Source of the DNA: Eledone cirrhosa
Taxonomy: Eukaryota
NCBI GenBank assembly: GCA_964016885.1
Contig: CAXHJY010000712.1
Location: 1-33,000, forward strand
Direction of reading: 5' to 3'
Length of the DNA stretch: 33,000 nt
The position numbers were made by a program, and so were the translations under genes. This document shows, in pieces, positions 1 through 14,200 of this stretch (position 1 is its first letter; every line of letters starts with the position of its first letter). The notes below the pieces were generated by a model that was not told where the DNA came from, did not search any database, and worked only from the letters and a program-made list of their open reading frames with translations.

Positions 1-349
1 CTCTACCTTGTCTTCTCCCAAAACTTCGTTATTCACCAAGCCATCTTTCTCTACCTTGTCTTCCCTCAAAACTTCGTTCTTCACCAAGCTATCTTTCTCT
101 ACCTTGTCTTCCCCCAAAACTTCGTTCTTCACCAAGTCATCTTTCTCTACCTTGTCATCCCTCAAAACTTTGTTCTTCACCAATCTATCTTTCTCTACCT
201 TGTCTTCCCCCAAAACTTCGTTCTTCACCAAGCTATCTTTCTCTACCTTGTCTTCCCTCAGAACTTCGTTCTTCACCAAGCTATCTTTCTCTACGTTGTC
301 TTCCCCCAAAACTTCGTTCTTCACCAAGCTATCTTTCTCTACATTGTCT

Positions 350-2355
350 TCCCCAAAACTTCGTTATTCACCAAGCTATCTTTCTCTACCTTGTCTTCCC
401 TCAAAACTTCGTTCTTCACCAAGCTATCTTTCTCTACCTTGTCTTCCCCCAAAACTTCGTTCTTCACCAAGCTATCTTTCTCTACCTTGTCTTCCCCCAA
501 AACTTCGTTCTTCACCAAGCTATCTTTCTCTACCTTGTCTTCCCCCAAAACTTCTTTCTTCACCAAGTCATCTTTCTCTACCTTGTCATCCCTCAAAACT
601 TCGTTCTTCACCAATCTATCTTTCTCTGCCCTGTCTTCCCCCAAAACTTCGTTCTTCACCAAGCTATCTTTCTCTACCTTGTCTTCACACAAAACTTCGT
701 TCTTCACCAAGCTATCTTTCTCTACCTTGTCTTCCCACAAAACGTCATTCTTCACCAAGCTATCTTTCTCTACCTTGTCTTCCGTCAAAACTTCGTTCTT
801 CACCAAGATATCTTTCTCTACCTTGTCTTCTCCCAAAACTTCGTTCTTCACCAAGCTATCTTTCTCTACCTTGTCTTCCCTCAGAACTTCGTTCTTCACC
901 AAGCTATCTTTCTCTACCTTGTCTTCCCCAAAAACTTCGTTCTTCACCAAGCTATCTTTCTCTACATTGTCTTCCCCAAAACATCGTTCTTCACCAAGCT
1001 ATCTTTCTCTACCTTGTCTTCCCACAAAACGTCAATCTTCACCAAGCTATCTTTCTCTAACTTGTCTTCCCTCAAAACGTCGTTCTTCACCAAGCTATCT
1101 TTCTCTACCTTGTCTTCCCCCAAAACTTCGTTCTTCACCAAGCTATCTTTCTCTACCTTGTCTTCCCCCAAAACTTCGTTCTTCGCAAGCTATGTTTCTC
1201 TACCTTGTCTTCCCCCAAAACTTCGTTCTTCAGCAAGCTATCTTTCTCTACCTTGTCTTCCCACAAAACGTCGTTCTTCACCAAGCTATCTTTCTCTACC
1301 TTGTCTTCCCTCAAAACGTCGTGCTTCACCAAGCTATCTTTCTCTACCTTGTCTTCCCTCAAAACATCGTTCTTCACCAAGCTATCTTTCTCTACCTTGT
1401 CTTCTCCCAAAACTTCGTTATTCACCAAGCTATCTTTCTCTACCTTGTCTTCCGTCGAAACTTCGTTCTTCACCAATATATCTTTCTCTACCTTGTTTTC
1501 TCCCAAAACTTCGTTCTTCACCAAGCTATCTTTCTCTACCTTGTCTTCCCTCAGAACATCGTTCTTCACCAAGCTATCTTTCTCTACCTTGTCTTCCCTC
1601 AAAACGTCGTTCTTCACCAAGCTATCTTTCTCTACCTTGTCTTCCCTCAAAACATCGTTCTTTTACCAAGCTATCTTTCTCTACCTTGTCTTCTCCCAAA
1701 ACTTCGTTATTCACCAAGCTATCTTTCTCTACCTTGTCTTCCCTCAAAACTTCGTTCTTCACCAAGCTATCTTTCTCTACCTTGTCTTCCCCCAAAACTT
1801 CGTTCTTCACCAAGCTATATTTCTCTACCTTGTCTTCCCCCAAAACTTCGTTCTTCACCAAGCTATCTTTCTCTACCTTGTCTTCCCCCAAAACTTCTTT
1901 CTTCACCAAGTCATCTTTCTCTACCTTGTCATCCCTCAAAACTTCGTTCTTCACCAATCTATCTTTCTCTGCCTTGTCTTCCCCCAAAACTTCGTTCTTC
2001 ACCAAGCTATCTTTCTCTACCTTGTCTTCACACAAAACTTCGTTCTTCACCAAGCTATCTTTCTCTACCTTGTCTTCCCACAAAACGTCATTCTTCACCA
2101 AGCTATCTTTCTCTACCTTGTCTTCCGTCAAAACTTCGTTCTTCACCAAGATATCTTTCTCTACCTTGTCTTCTCCCAAAACTTCGTTCTTCACCAAGCT
2201 ATCTTTCTCTACCTTGTCTTCCCTCAGAACTTCGTTCTTCACCAAGCTATCTTTCTCTACCTTGTCTTCCCCAAAAACTTCGTTCTTCACCAAGCTATAT
2301 TTCTCTACATTGTCTTCCCCAAAACATCGTTCTTCACCAAGCTATCTTTCTCTAC
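350..2355. repeat. Block duplication at offset 1343 bp (28 monomers): about 350-1010 repeated at about 1690-2355
   Basis: The same ordered rare variants occur in both copies (cttctttctt, aagtcatc, gtcatccc, caatct, tcacac, ccgtc/aagata, cagaac, ccccaaaaa, acattg). ORF boundaries shift by 1343 (950 to 2293, 962 to 2305). Confidence 0.85.
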
Positions 2356-5300
2356 CTTGTCTTTCATCAAAACGTCGTTCTTCACCAAGCTCTCTTTCTC
2401 TACCTTGTCTTCCCCCAAAACTTCGTTCTTCACCAAGCTATCTTTCTCTGCCTTGTCTTCCCCCAAAACTTCGTTCTTCACCAAGCTATCTTTCTCTACC
2501 TTGTCTTCCCACAAAACGTCGTTCTTCACCAAGCTATCTTTCTCTACCTTGTCTTCCCTCAAAACGTCGTTCTTCACCAAGCTATCTTTCTCTACCTTGT
2601 CTTCCCTCAAAACATCGTTCTTCACCAAGCTATCTTTATCTACCTTGTCTTCCCTCAAAACTTCGTTCTTCACCAAGCTATCTTTCTCTACCTTGTCTTC
2701 CCCCAAAACTTCGTTCTTCACCAAGCTATCTTTCTCTACCTTGTCTTCTCCCAAAACTTCGTTATTCACCAAGCTATCTTTCTCTACCTTGTCTTCCCTC
2801 AAAACTTCGTTCTTCACCAAGCTATCTTTCTCTACCTTGTCTTCCCCCAAAACTTCGTTCTTCACCAAGCTATCTTTCTCTACCTCGTCTTCCCTCAAAA
2901 CTTTGTTCTTCACCAAGCTATCTTTCTCTACCTCGTCTTCCCTCAAAACTTCGTTCTTCACCAAGCTATCTTTCTCTACCTTGTCTTCCCCTAAAACTTC
3001 GTTCTTCACCAAGCTATCTTTCTCTACCTTGTCTTCCCCCAAAACTTCGTTCTTCACCAAGCTATCTTTCTCTACCTTGTCTTCCCCCAAAACTTCGTTC
3101 TTCACCAAGCTATCTTTCTCTACCTTGTCTTCCCTCAAAACGTCGTTCTTCACCAAGCTATCTTTCTCTACCTTGTCTTCCCCCAAAACTTCGTTCTTCA
3201 CCAAGCTATCTTTCTCTATCTCGTCTTCCCTCAAAACTTCGTTCTTCACCAAGCTATCTTTCTCTACCTTGTCTTCCCACAAAACGTCATTCTTCACCAA
3301 GCTATCTTTCTCTAACTTGTCTTCCCTCAAAACGTCGTTCTTCACCAAGCTATCTTTCTCTACCTTGTCTTCCCCCAAAACTTCGTTCTTCACCAAGCTA
3401 TCTTTCTCTACCTTGTCTTCCCCCAAAACTTCGTTCTTCGCAAGCTATCTTTCTCTACCTTGTCTTCCCCCAAAACTTCGTTCTTCAGCAAGCTATCTTT
3501 CTCTACCTTGTCTTCCCACAAAACGTCGTTCTTCACCAAGCTATCTTTCTCTACCTTGTCTTCCCTCAAAACGTCGTGCTTCACCAAGCTATCTTTCTCT
3601 ACCTTGTCTTCCCTCAAAACATCGTTCTTCACCAAGCTATCTTTCTCTACCTTGTCTTCTCCCAAAACTTCGTTATTCACCTTGCTATCTTTCTCTACCT
3701 TGTCTTCCCTCAAAACTTCGTTCTTCACCAAGCTATCTTTCACTACCTTGTCTTCCCCAAAACTTCGTTCTTCACCAAGCTATCTTTCTCTACCTTGTCT
3801 TCCCCCAAAACTTCGTTCTTCACCAAGCTATCTTTCTCTACCTTGTCTTCCCTCAAAACTTCGTTCTTCACCAAGCTATCTTTCTCTACCTTGTCTTCCC
3901 CCAAAACTTCGTTCTTCACCAAGCTATCTTTCTCTACCTTGTCTTCTCCCAAAACTTCGTTATTCACCAAGCCATCTTTCTCTACCTTGTCTTCCCTCAA
4001 AACTTCGTTCTTCACCAAGCTATCTTTCTCTACCTTGTCTTCCCCCAAAACTTCGTTCTTCACCAAGTCATCTTTCTCTACCTTGTCATCCCTCAAAACT
4101 TTGTTCTTCACCAATCTATCTTTCTCTACCTTGTCTTCCCCCAAAACTTCGTTCTTCACCAAGCTATCTTTCTCTAGCTTGTCTTCACACAAAACTTCGT
4201 TCTTCACCAAGCTATCTTTCTCTACCTTGTCTTCCCACAAAACTTCGTTCTTCACCAAGCTATCTTTCTCTACCTTGTCTTCCCTCAGAACTTCGTTCTT
4301 CACCAAGCTATCTTTCTCTACGTTGTCTTCCCCCAAAACTTCGTTCTTCACCAAGCTATCTTTCTCTACATTGTCTTCCCCAAAACTTCGTTCTTCACCA
4401 AGCTATCTTTCACGACCTTGTCTTCCCTCAAAACGTCGTTCTTCACCAAGCTATCTTTCTCTACCTTGTCTTCCCCCAAACTTCGTTCTTCACCAAGCTA
4501 TCTTTCTCTACCTTGTCTTCCCCCAAAACTTCGTTCTTCACCAAGCTATCTTTCTCTACCTCGTCTTCCCTCAAAACTTTGTTCTTCACCAAGCTATCTT
4601 TCTCTACCTTGTCTTCCCCCAAAACTTCGTTCTTCACCAAGCTATCTTTCTCTACCTTGTCTTCCCGCAAAACTTCGTTCTTCACCAAGCTATCTTTCTC
4701 TACCTTGTCTTCCCTCAAAACGTCGTTCTTCACCAAGCTATCTTTCTCTACCTTGTCTTCCCCCAAAACTTCGTTCTTCACCAAGCTATCTTTCTCTACC
4801 TTGTCTTCCCCCAAAACTTCGTTCTTCACCAAGCTATATTTCTCTACCTCGTCTTCCCTCAAAACTTCGTTCTTCACCAAGCTATCTTTCTCTACCTTGT
4901 CTTCCCCTAAAACTTCGTTCTTCACCAAGCTATCTTTCTCTACCTTGTCTTCCCCCAAAACTTCGTTCTTCACCAAGCTATCTTTCTCTACCTTGTCTTC
5001 CCCCAAAACTTCGTTCTTCACCAAGCTATCTTTCTCTACCTTGTCTTCCCTCAAAACGTCGTTCTTCACCAAGCTATCTTTCTCTACCTTGTCTTCCCCC
5101 AAAACTTCGTTCTTCACCAAGCTATCTTTCTCTACCTCGTCTTCCCTCAAAACTTCGTTCTTCACCAAGCTATCTTTCTCTACCTTGTCTTCCCACAAAA
5201 CGTCATTCTTCAACAAGCTATCTTTCTCTAACTTGTCTTCCCTCAAAACGTCGTTCTTCACCAAGCTATCTTTCTCTACCTTGTCTTCCCCCAAAACTTC

Positions 5301-8300
5301 GTTCTTCACCAAGCTATCTTTCTCTACCTTGTCTTCCCCCAAAACTTCGTTCTTCGCAAGCTATCTTTCTCTACCTTGTCTTCCCCCAAAACTTCGTTCT
5401 TCAGCAAGCTATCTTTCTCTACCTTGTCTTCCCACAAAACGTCGTTCTTCACCAAGCTATCTTTCTCTACCTTGTCTTCCCTCAAAACGTCGTGCTTCAC
5501 CAAGCTATCTTTCTCTACCTTGTCTTCCCTCAAAACATCGTTCTTCACCAAGCTATCTTTCTCTACCTTGTCTTCTCCCAAAACTTCGTTATTCACCAAG
5601 CTATCTTTCTCTACCTTGTCTTCCCTCAAAACTTCGTTCTTCACCAAGCTATCTTTCACTACCTTGTCTTCCCCCAAAACTTCGTTCTTCACCAAGCTAT
5701 CTTTCTCTACCTTGTCTTCCCCCAAAACTTCGTTCTTCACCAAGCTATCTTTCTCTACCTTGTCTTCCCTCAAAACTTTGTTCTTCACCAAGCTATCTTT
5801 CTCTACCTTGTCTTCCCCCAAAACTTCGTTCTTCACCAAGCTATCTTTCTCTACCTTGTCTTCTCCCAAAACTTCGTTATTCACCAAGCTATCTTTCTCT
5901 ACCTTGTCTTCCATCAAAACTTCGTTCTTCACCAAGCTATCTTTCTCTACCTTGTCTTCCCCCAAAACTTCGTTCTTCACCAAGCTATCTTTCTCTACAT
6001 TGTCTTCCCCAAAACTTCGTTCTTAACCAAGCTATCTTTCACGACCTTGTCTTCCCTCAAAACGTCGTTCTTCACCAAGCTATCTTTCTCTCCTTTGTCT
6101 TCCCCCAAAACTTCGTTCTTCACCAAGCTATCTTTCTCTACCTTGTCTTCCCCCAAAACTTCGTTCTTCACCAAGCTATCTTTCTCTACCTCGTCTTCCC
6201 TCAAAACTTCGTTCTTCACTAAGCTATCTTTCTCTACCTTGTCTTCCCCTAAAACTTCGTTCTTCACCAAGCTATCTTTCTCTACCTTGTCTTCCCCCAA
6301 AACTTCGTTCTTCACCAAGCTATCTTTCTCTACCTTGTCTTCCCCCAAAACTTCGTTCTTCACCAAGCTATCTTTCTCTACCTTGTCTTCCCTCAAAACG
6401 TCGTTCTTCACCAAGCTATCTTTCTCTACCTTGTCTTCCCCCAAAACTTCGTTCTTCACCAAGCTATCTTTCTCTACCTCGTCTTCCCTCAAAACTTCGT
6501 TCTTCACCAAGCTATCTTTCTCTACCTTGTCTTCCCACAAAACGTCATTCTTCACCAAGCTATCTTTCTCTAACTTGTCTTCCCTCAAAACGTCGTTCTT
6601 CACCAAGCTATCTTTCTCTACCTTGTCTTCCCCCAAAACTTCGTTCTTCACCAAGCTATCTTTCTCTACCTTGTCTTCCCCCAAAACTTCGTTCTTCACC
6701 AAGCTATCTTTCTCTACCTTGTCTTCCCTCAGAACTTCGTTCTTCACCAAGCTATCTTTCTCTACCTTGTCTTCCCCAAAAACTTCGTTCTTCACCAAGC
6801 TATATTTCTCTACATTGTCTTCCCCAAAACATCGTTCTTCACCAAGCTATCTTTCTCTACCTTGTCTTTCATCAAAACGTCGTTCTTCACCAAGCTCTCT
6901 TTCTCTACCTTGTCTTCCCCCAAAACTTCGTTCTTCACCAAGCTATCTTTCTCTGCCTTGTCTTCCCCCAAAACTTCGTTCTTCACCAAGCTATCTTTCT
7001 CTACCTTGTCTTCCCACAAAACGTCGTTCTTCACCAAGCTATCTTTCTCTACCTTGTCTTCCCTCAAAACGTCGTTCTTCACCAAGCTATCTTTCTCTAC
7101 CTTGTCTTCCCTCAAAACATCGTTCTTCACCAAGCTATCTTTATCTACCTTGTCTTCCCTCAAAACTTCGTTCTTCACCAAGCTATCTTTCTCTACCTTG
7201 TCTTCCCCCAAAACTTCGTTCTTCACCAAGCTATCTTTCTCTACCTTGTCTTCTCCCAAAACTTCGTTATTCACCAAGCTATCTTTCTCTACCTTGTCTT
7301 CCCTCAAAACTTCGTTCTTCACCAAGCTATCTTTCTCTACCTTGTCTTCCCCCAAAACTTCGTTCTTCACCAAGCTATCTTTCTCTACCTCGTCTTCCCT
7401 CAAAACTTTGTTCTTCACCAAGCTATCTTTCTCTACCTCGTCTTCCCTCAAAACTTCGTTCTTCACCAAGCTATCTTTCTCTACCTTGTCTTCCCCTAAA
7501 ACTTCGTTCTTCACCAAGCTATCTTTCTCTACCTTGTCTTCCCCCAAAACTTCGTTCTTCACCAAGCTATCTTTCTCTACCTTGTCTTCCCCCAAAACTT
7601 CGTTCTTCACCAAGCTATCTTTCTCTACCTTGTCTTCCCTCAAAACGTCGTTCTTCACCAAGCTATCTTTCTCTACCTTGTCTTCCCCCAAAACTTCGTT
7701 CTTCACCAAGCTATCTTTCTCTATCTCGTCTTCCCTCAAAACTTCGTTCTTCACCAAGCTATCTTTCTCTACCTTGTCTTCCCACAAAACGTCATTCTTC
7801 ACCAAGCTATCTTTCTCTAACTTGTCTTCCCTCAAAACGTCGTTCTTCACCAAGCTATCTTTCTCTACCTTGTCTTCCCCCAAAACTTCGTTCTTCACCA
7901 AGCTATCTTTCTCTACCTTGTCTTCCCCCAAAACTTCGTTCTTCGCAAGCTATCTTTCTCTACCTTGTCTTCCCCCAAAACTTCGTTCTTCAGCAAGCTA
8001 TCTTTCTCTACCTTGTCTTCCCACAAAACGTCGTTCTTCACCAAGCTATCTTTCTCTACCTTGTCTTCCCTCAAAACGTCGTGCTTCACCAAGCTATCTT
8101 TCTCTACCTTGTCTTCCCTCAAAACATCGTTCTTCACCAAGCTATCTTTCTCTACCTTGTCTTCTCCCAAAACTTCGTTATTCACCTTGCTATCTTTCTC
8201 TACCTTGTCTTCCCTCAAAACTTCGTTCTTCACCAAGCTATCTTTCACTACCTTGTCTTCCCCAAAACTTCGTTCTTCACCAAGCTATCTTTCTCTACCT

Positions 8301-11200
8301 TGTCTTCCCCCAAAACTTCGTTCTTCACCAAGCTATCTTTCTCTACCTTGTCTTCCCTCAAAACTTCGTTCTTCACCAAGCTATCTTTCTCTACCTTGTC
8401 TTCCCCCAAAACTTCGTTCTTCACCAAGCTATCTTTCTCTACCTTGTCTTCTCCCAAAACTTCGTTATTCACCAAGCCATCTTTCTCTACCTTGTCTTCC
8501 CTCAAAACTTCGTTCTTCACCAAGCTATCTTTCTCTACCTTGTCTTCCCCCAAAACTTCGTTCTTCACCAAGTCATCTTTCTCTACCTTGTCATCCCTCA
8601 AAACTTTGTTCTTCACCAATCTATCTTTCTCTACCTTGTCTTCCCCCAAAACTTCGTTCTTCACCAAGCTATCTTTCTCTAGCTTGTCTTCACACAAAAC
8701 TTCGTTCTTCACCAAGCTATCTTTCTCTACCTTGTCTTCCCACAAAACTTCGTTCTTCACCAAGCTATCTTTCTCTACCTTGTCTTCCCTCAGAACTTCG
8801 TTCTTCACCAAGCTATCTTTCTCTACGTTGTCTTCCCCCAAAACTTCGTTCTTCACCAAGCTATCTTTCTCTACATTGTCTTCCCCAAAACTTCGTTCTT
8901 CACCAAGCTATCTTTCACGACCTTGTCTTCCCTCAAAACGTCGTTCTTCACCAAGCTATCTTTCTCTACCTTGTCTTCCCCCAAACTTCGTTCTTCACCA
9001 AGCTATCTTTCTCTACCTTGTCTTCCCCCAAAACTTCGTTCTTCACCAAGCTATCTTTCTCTACCTCGTCTTCCCTCAAAACTTTGTTCTTCACCAAGCT
9101 ATCTTTCTCTACCTTGTCTTCCCCCAAAACTTCGTTCTTCACCAAGCTATCTTTCTCTACCTTGTCTTCCCGCAAAACTTCGTTCTTCACCAAGCTATCT
9201 TTCTCTACCTTGTCTTCCCTCAAAACGTCGTTCTTCACCAAGCTATCTTTCTCTACCTTGTCTTCCCCCAAAACTTCGTTCTTCACCAAGCTATCTTTCT
9301 CTACCTTGTCTTCCCCCAAAACTTCGTTCTTCACCAAGCTATATTTCTCTACCTCGTCTTCCCTCAAAACTTCGTTCTTCACCAAGCTATCTTTCTCTAC
9401 CTTGTCTTCCCCTAAAACTTCGTTCTTCACCAAGCTATCTTTCTCTACCTTGTCTTCCCCCAAAACTTCGTTCTTCACCAAGCTATCTTTCTCTACCTTG
9501 TCTTCCCCCAAAACTTCGTTCTTCACCAAGCTATATTTCTCTACCTTGTCTTCCCTCAAAACGTCGTTCTTCACCAAGCTATCTTTCTCTACCTTGTCTT
9601 CCCCCAAAACTTCGTTCTTCACCAAGCTATCTTTCTCTACCTCGTCTTCCCTCAAAACTTCGTTCTTCACCAAGCTATCTTTCTCTACCTTGTCTTCCCA
9701 CAAAACGTCATTCTTCAACAAGCTATCTTTCTCTAACTTGTCTTCCCTCAAAACGTCGTTCTTCACCAAGCTATCTTTCTCTACCTTGTCTTCCCCCAAA
9801 ACTTCGTTCTTCACCAAGCTATCTTTCTCTACCTTGTCTTCCCCCAAAACTTCGTTCTTCGCAAGCTATCTTTCTCTACCTTGTCTTCCCCCAAAACTTC
9901 GTTCTTCAGCAAGCTATCTTTCTCTACCTTGTCTTCCCACAAAACGTCGTTCTTCACCAAGCTATCTTTCTCTACCTTGTCTTCCCTCAAAACGTCGTGC
10001 TTCACCAAGCTATCTTTCTCTACCTTGTCTTCCCTCAAAACATCGTTCTTCACCAAGCTATCTTTCTCTACCTTGTCTTCTCCCAAAACTTCGTTATTCA
10101 CCAAGCTATCTTTCTCTACCTTGTCTTCCCTCAAAACTTCGTTCTTCACCAAGCTATCTTTCACTACCTTGTCTTCCCCCAAAACTTCGTTCTTCACCAA
10201 GCTATCTTTCTCTACCTTGTCTTCCCCCAAAACTTCGTTCTTCACCAAGCTATCTTTCTCTACCTTGTCTTCCCTCAAAACTTTGTTCTTCACCAAGCTA
10301 TCTTTCTCTACCTTGTCTTCCCCCAAAACTTCGTTCTTCACCAAGCTATCTTTCTCTACCTTGTCTTCTCCCAAAACTTCGTTATTCACCAAGCTATCTT
10401 TCTCTACCTTGTCTTCCATCAAAACTTCGTTCTTCACCAAGCTATCTTTCTCTACCTTGTCTTCCCCCAAAACTTCGTTCTTCACCAAGCTATCTTTCTC
10501 TACATTGTCTTCCCCAAAACTTCGTTCTTAACCAAGCTATCTTTCACGACCTTGTCTTCCCTCAAAACGTCGTTCTTCACCAAGCTATCTTTCTCTCCTT
10601 TGTCTTCCCCCAAAACTTCGTTCTTCACCAAGCTATCTTTCTCTACCTTGTCTTCCCCCAAAACTTCGTTCTTCACCAAGCTATCTTTCTCTACCTCGTC
10701 TTCCCTCAAAACTTCGTTCTTCACTAAGCTATCTTTCTCTACCTTGTCTTCCCCTAAAACTTCGTTCTTCACCAAGCTATCTTTCTCTACCTTGTCTTCC
10801 CCCAAAACTTCGTTCTTCACCAAGCTATCTTTCTCTACCTTGTCTTCCCCCAAAACTTCGTTCTTCACCAAGCTATCTTTCTCTACCTTGTCTTCCCTCA
10901 AAACGTCGTTCTTCACCAAGCTATCTTTCTCTACCTTGTCTTCCCCCAAAACTTCGTTCTTCACCAAGCTATCTTTCTCTACCTCGTCTTCCCTCAAAAC
11001 TTCGTTCTTCACCAAGCTATCTTTCTCTACCTTGTCTTCCCACAAAACGTCATTCTTCACCAAGCTATCTTTCTCTAACTTGTCTTCCCTCAAAACGTCG
11101 TTCTTCACCAAGCTATCTTTCTCTACCTTGTCTTCCCCCAAAACTTCGTTCTTCACCAAGCTATCTTTCTCTACCTTGTCTTCCCCCAAAACTTCGTTCT
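2175..11200. repeat. Near-perfect tandem duplication of a 4505-bp higher-order unit (94 monomers, 7 of them 47 bp)
   Basis: ORF pairs are offset by exactly 4505 (2305/6810, 3408/7913, 3743/8248, 4461/8966, 5324/9829, 5995/10500), and 94x48-7=4505. The only difference I noticed is C5030 versus A9535. Confidence 0.93.
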
Positions 11201-14200
11201 TCGCAAGCTATCTTTCTCTACCTTGTCTTCCCCCAAAACTTCGTTCTTCAGCAAGCTATCTTTCTCTACCTTGTCTTCCCACAAAACGTCGTTCTTCACC
11301 AAGCTATCTTTCTCTACCTTGTCTTCCCTCAAAACGTCGTGCTTCACCAAGCTATCTTTCTCTACCTTGTCTTCCCTCAAAACATCGTTCTTCACCAAGC
11401 TATCTTTCTCTACCTTGTCTTCTCCCAAAACTTCGTTATTCACCAAGCTATCTTTCTCTACCTTGTCTTCCATCAAAACTTCGTTCTTCACCAAGCTATC
11501 TTTCACTACCTTGTCTTCCCCCAAAACTTCGTTCTTCACCAAGCTATCTTTCTCTACCTTGTCTTCCCCCAAAACTTCGTTCTTCACCAAGCTATCTTTC
11601 TCTACCTTGTCTTCCCTCAAAACTTCGTTCTTCACCAAGCTATCTTTCTCTACCTTGTCTTCCGTCAAAACTTCGTTCTTCACCAAGATATCTTTCTCTA
11701 CCTTGTCTTCTCCCAAAACTTCGTTCTTCACCAAGCTATCTTTCTCTACCTTGTCTTCCCTCAGAACTTCTTTCTTCACCAAGCTATCTTTCTCTACGTT
11801 GTCTTCCCCCAAAACTTCGTTCTTCACCAAGCTATCTTTCTCTACATTGTCTTCCCCAAAACTTCGTTCTTCACCAAGCTATCTTTCACGACCTTGTCTT
11901 CCCTCAAAACGTCGTTCTTCACCAAGCTATCTTTCTCTACCTTGTCTTCCCCCAAACTTCGTTCTTCACCAAGCTATCTTTCTCTACCTTGTCTTCCCCC
12001 AAAACTTCGTTCTTCACCAAGCTATCTTTCTCTACCTCGTCTTCCCTCAAAACTTTGTTCTTCACCAAGCTATCTTTCTCTACCTTGTCTTCCCCCAAAA
12101 CTTCGTTCTTCACCAAGCTATCTTTCTCTACCTTGTCTTCCCGCAAAACTTCGTTCTTCACCAAGCTATCTTTCTCTACCTTGTCTTCCCTCAAAACGTC
12201 GTTCTTCACCAAGCTATCTTTCTCTACCTTGTCTTCCCCCAAAACTTCGTTCTTCACCAAGCTATCTTTCTCTACCTTGTCTTCCCCCAAAACTTCGTTC
12301 TTCACCAAGCTATATTTCTCTACCTCGTCTTCCCTCAAAACTTCGTTCTTCACCAAGCTATCTTTCTCTACCTTGTCTTCCCCTAAAACTTCGTTCTTCA
12401 CCAAGCTATCTTTCTCTACCTTGTCTTCCCCCAAAACTTCGTTCTTCACCAAGCTATCTTTCTCTACCTTGTCTTCCCCCAAAACTTCGTTCTTCACCAA
12501 GCTATCTTTCTCTACCTTGTCTTCCCTCAAAACGTCGTTCTTCACCAAGCTATCTTTCTCTACCTTGTCTTCCCCCAAAACTTCGTTCTTCACCAAGCTA
12601 TCTTTCTCTACCTCGACTTCCCTCAAAACTTCGTTCTTCACCAAGCTATCTTTCTCTACCTTGTCTTCCCACAAAACGTCATTCTTCAACAAGCTATCTT
12701 TCTCTAACTTGTCTTCCCTCAAAACGTCGTTCTTCACCAAGCTATCTTTCTCTACCTTGTCTTCCCCCAAAACTTCGTTCTTCACCAAGCTATCTTTCTC
12801 TACCTTGTCTTCCCCCAAAACTTCGTTCTTCGCAAGCTATCTTTCTCTACCTTGTCTTCCCCCAAAACTTCGTTCTTCAGCAAGCTATCTTTCTCTACCT
12901 TGTCTTCCCACAAAACGTCGTTCTTCACCAAGCTATCTTTCTCTACCTTGTCTTCCCTCAAAACGTCGTGCTTCACCAAGCTATCTTTCTCTACCTTGTC
13001 TTCCCTCAAAACATCGTTCTTCACCAAGCTATCTTTCTCTACCTTGTCTTCTCCCAAAACTTCGTTATTCACCAAGCTATCTTTCTCTACCTTGTCTTCC
13101 CTCAAAACTTCGTTCTTCACCAAGCTATCTTTCACTACCTTGTCTTCCCCCAAAACTTCGTTCTTCACCAAGCTATCTTTCTCTACCTTGTCTTCCCCCA
13201 AAACTTCGTTCTTCACCAAGCTATCTTTCTCTACCTTGTCTTCCCTCAAAACTTTGTTCTTCACCAAGCTATCTTTCTCTACCTTGTCTTCCCCCAAAAC
13301 TTCGTTCTTCACCAAGCTATCTTTCTCTACCTTGTCTTCTCCCAAAACTTCGTTATTCACCAAGCTATCTTTCTCTACCTTGTCTTCCATCAAAACTTCG
13401 TTCTTCACCAAGCTATCTTTCTCTACCTTGTCTTCCCCCAAAACTTCGTTCTTCACCAAGCTATCTTTCTCTACATTGTCTTCCCCAAAACTTCGTTCTT
13501 AACCAAGCTATCTTTCACGCCCTTGTCTTCCCTCAAAACGTCGTTCTTCACCAAGCTATCTTTCTCTCCTTTGTCTTCCCCCAAAACTTCGTTCTTCACC
13601 AAGCTATCTTTCTCTACCTTGTCTTCCCCCAAAACTTCGTTCTTCACCAAGCTATCTTTCTCTACCTCGTCTTCCCTCAAAACTTCGTTCTTCACTAAGC
13701 TATCTTTCTCTACCTTGTCTTCCCCTAAAACTTCGTTCTTCACCAAGCTATCTTTCTCTACCTTGTCTTCCCCCAAAACTTCGTTCTTCACCAAGCTATC
13801 TTTCTCTACCTTGTCTTCCCCCAAAACTTCGTTCTTCACCAAGCTATCTTTCTCTACCTTGTCTTCCCTCAAAACGTCGTTCTTCACCAAGCTATCTTTC
13901 TCTACCTTGTCTTCCCCCAAAACTTCGTTCTTCACCAAGCTATCTTTCTCTACCTCGTCTTCCCTCAAAACTTCGTTCTTCACCAAGCTATCTTTCTCTA
14001 CCTTGTCTTCCCACAAAACGTCATTCTTCACCAAGCTATCTTTCTCTAACTTGTCTTCCCTCAAAACGTCGTTCTTCACCAAGCTATCTTTCTCTACCTT
14101 GTCTTCCCCCAAAACTTCGTTCTTCACCAAGCTATCTTTCTCTACCTTGTCTTCCCCCAAAACTTCGTTCTTCGCAAGCTATCTTTCTCTACCTTGTCTT

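Noticed and set aside
72-88. CENP-B box-like motif (CTTCGTT in each monomer)
   Set aside because: Only the 5' TTCG part matches. The conserved A and the CGGG of NTTCGNNNNANNCGGGN are absent.
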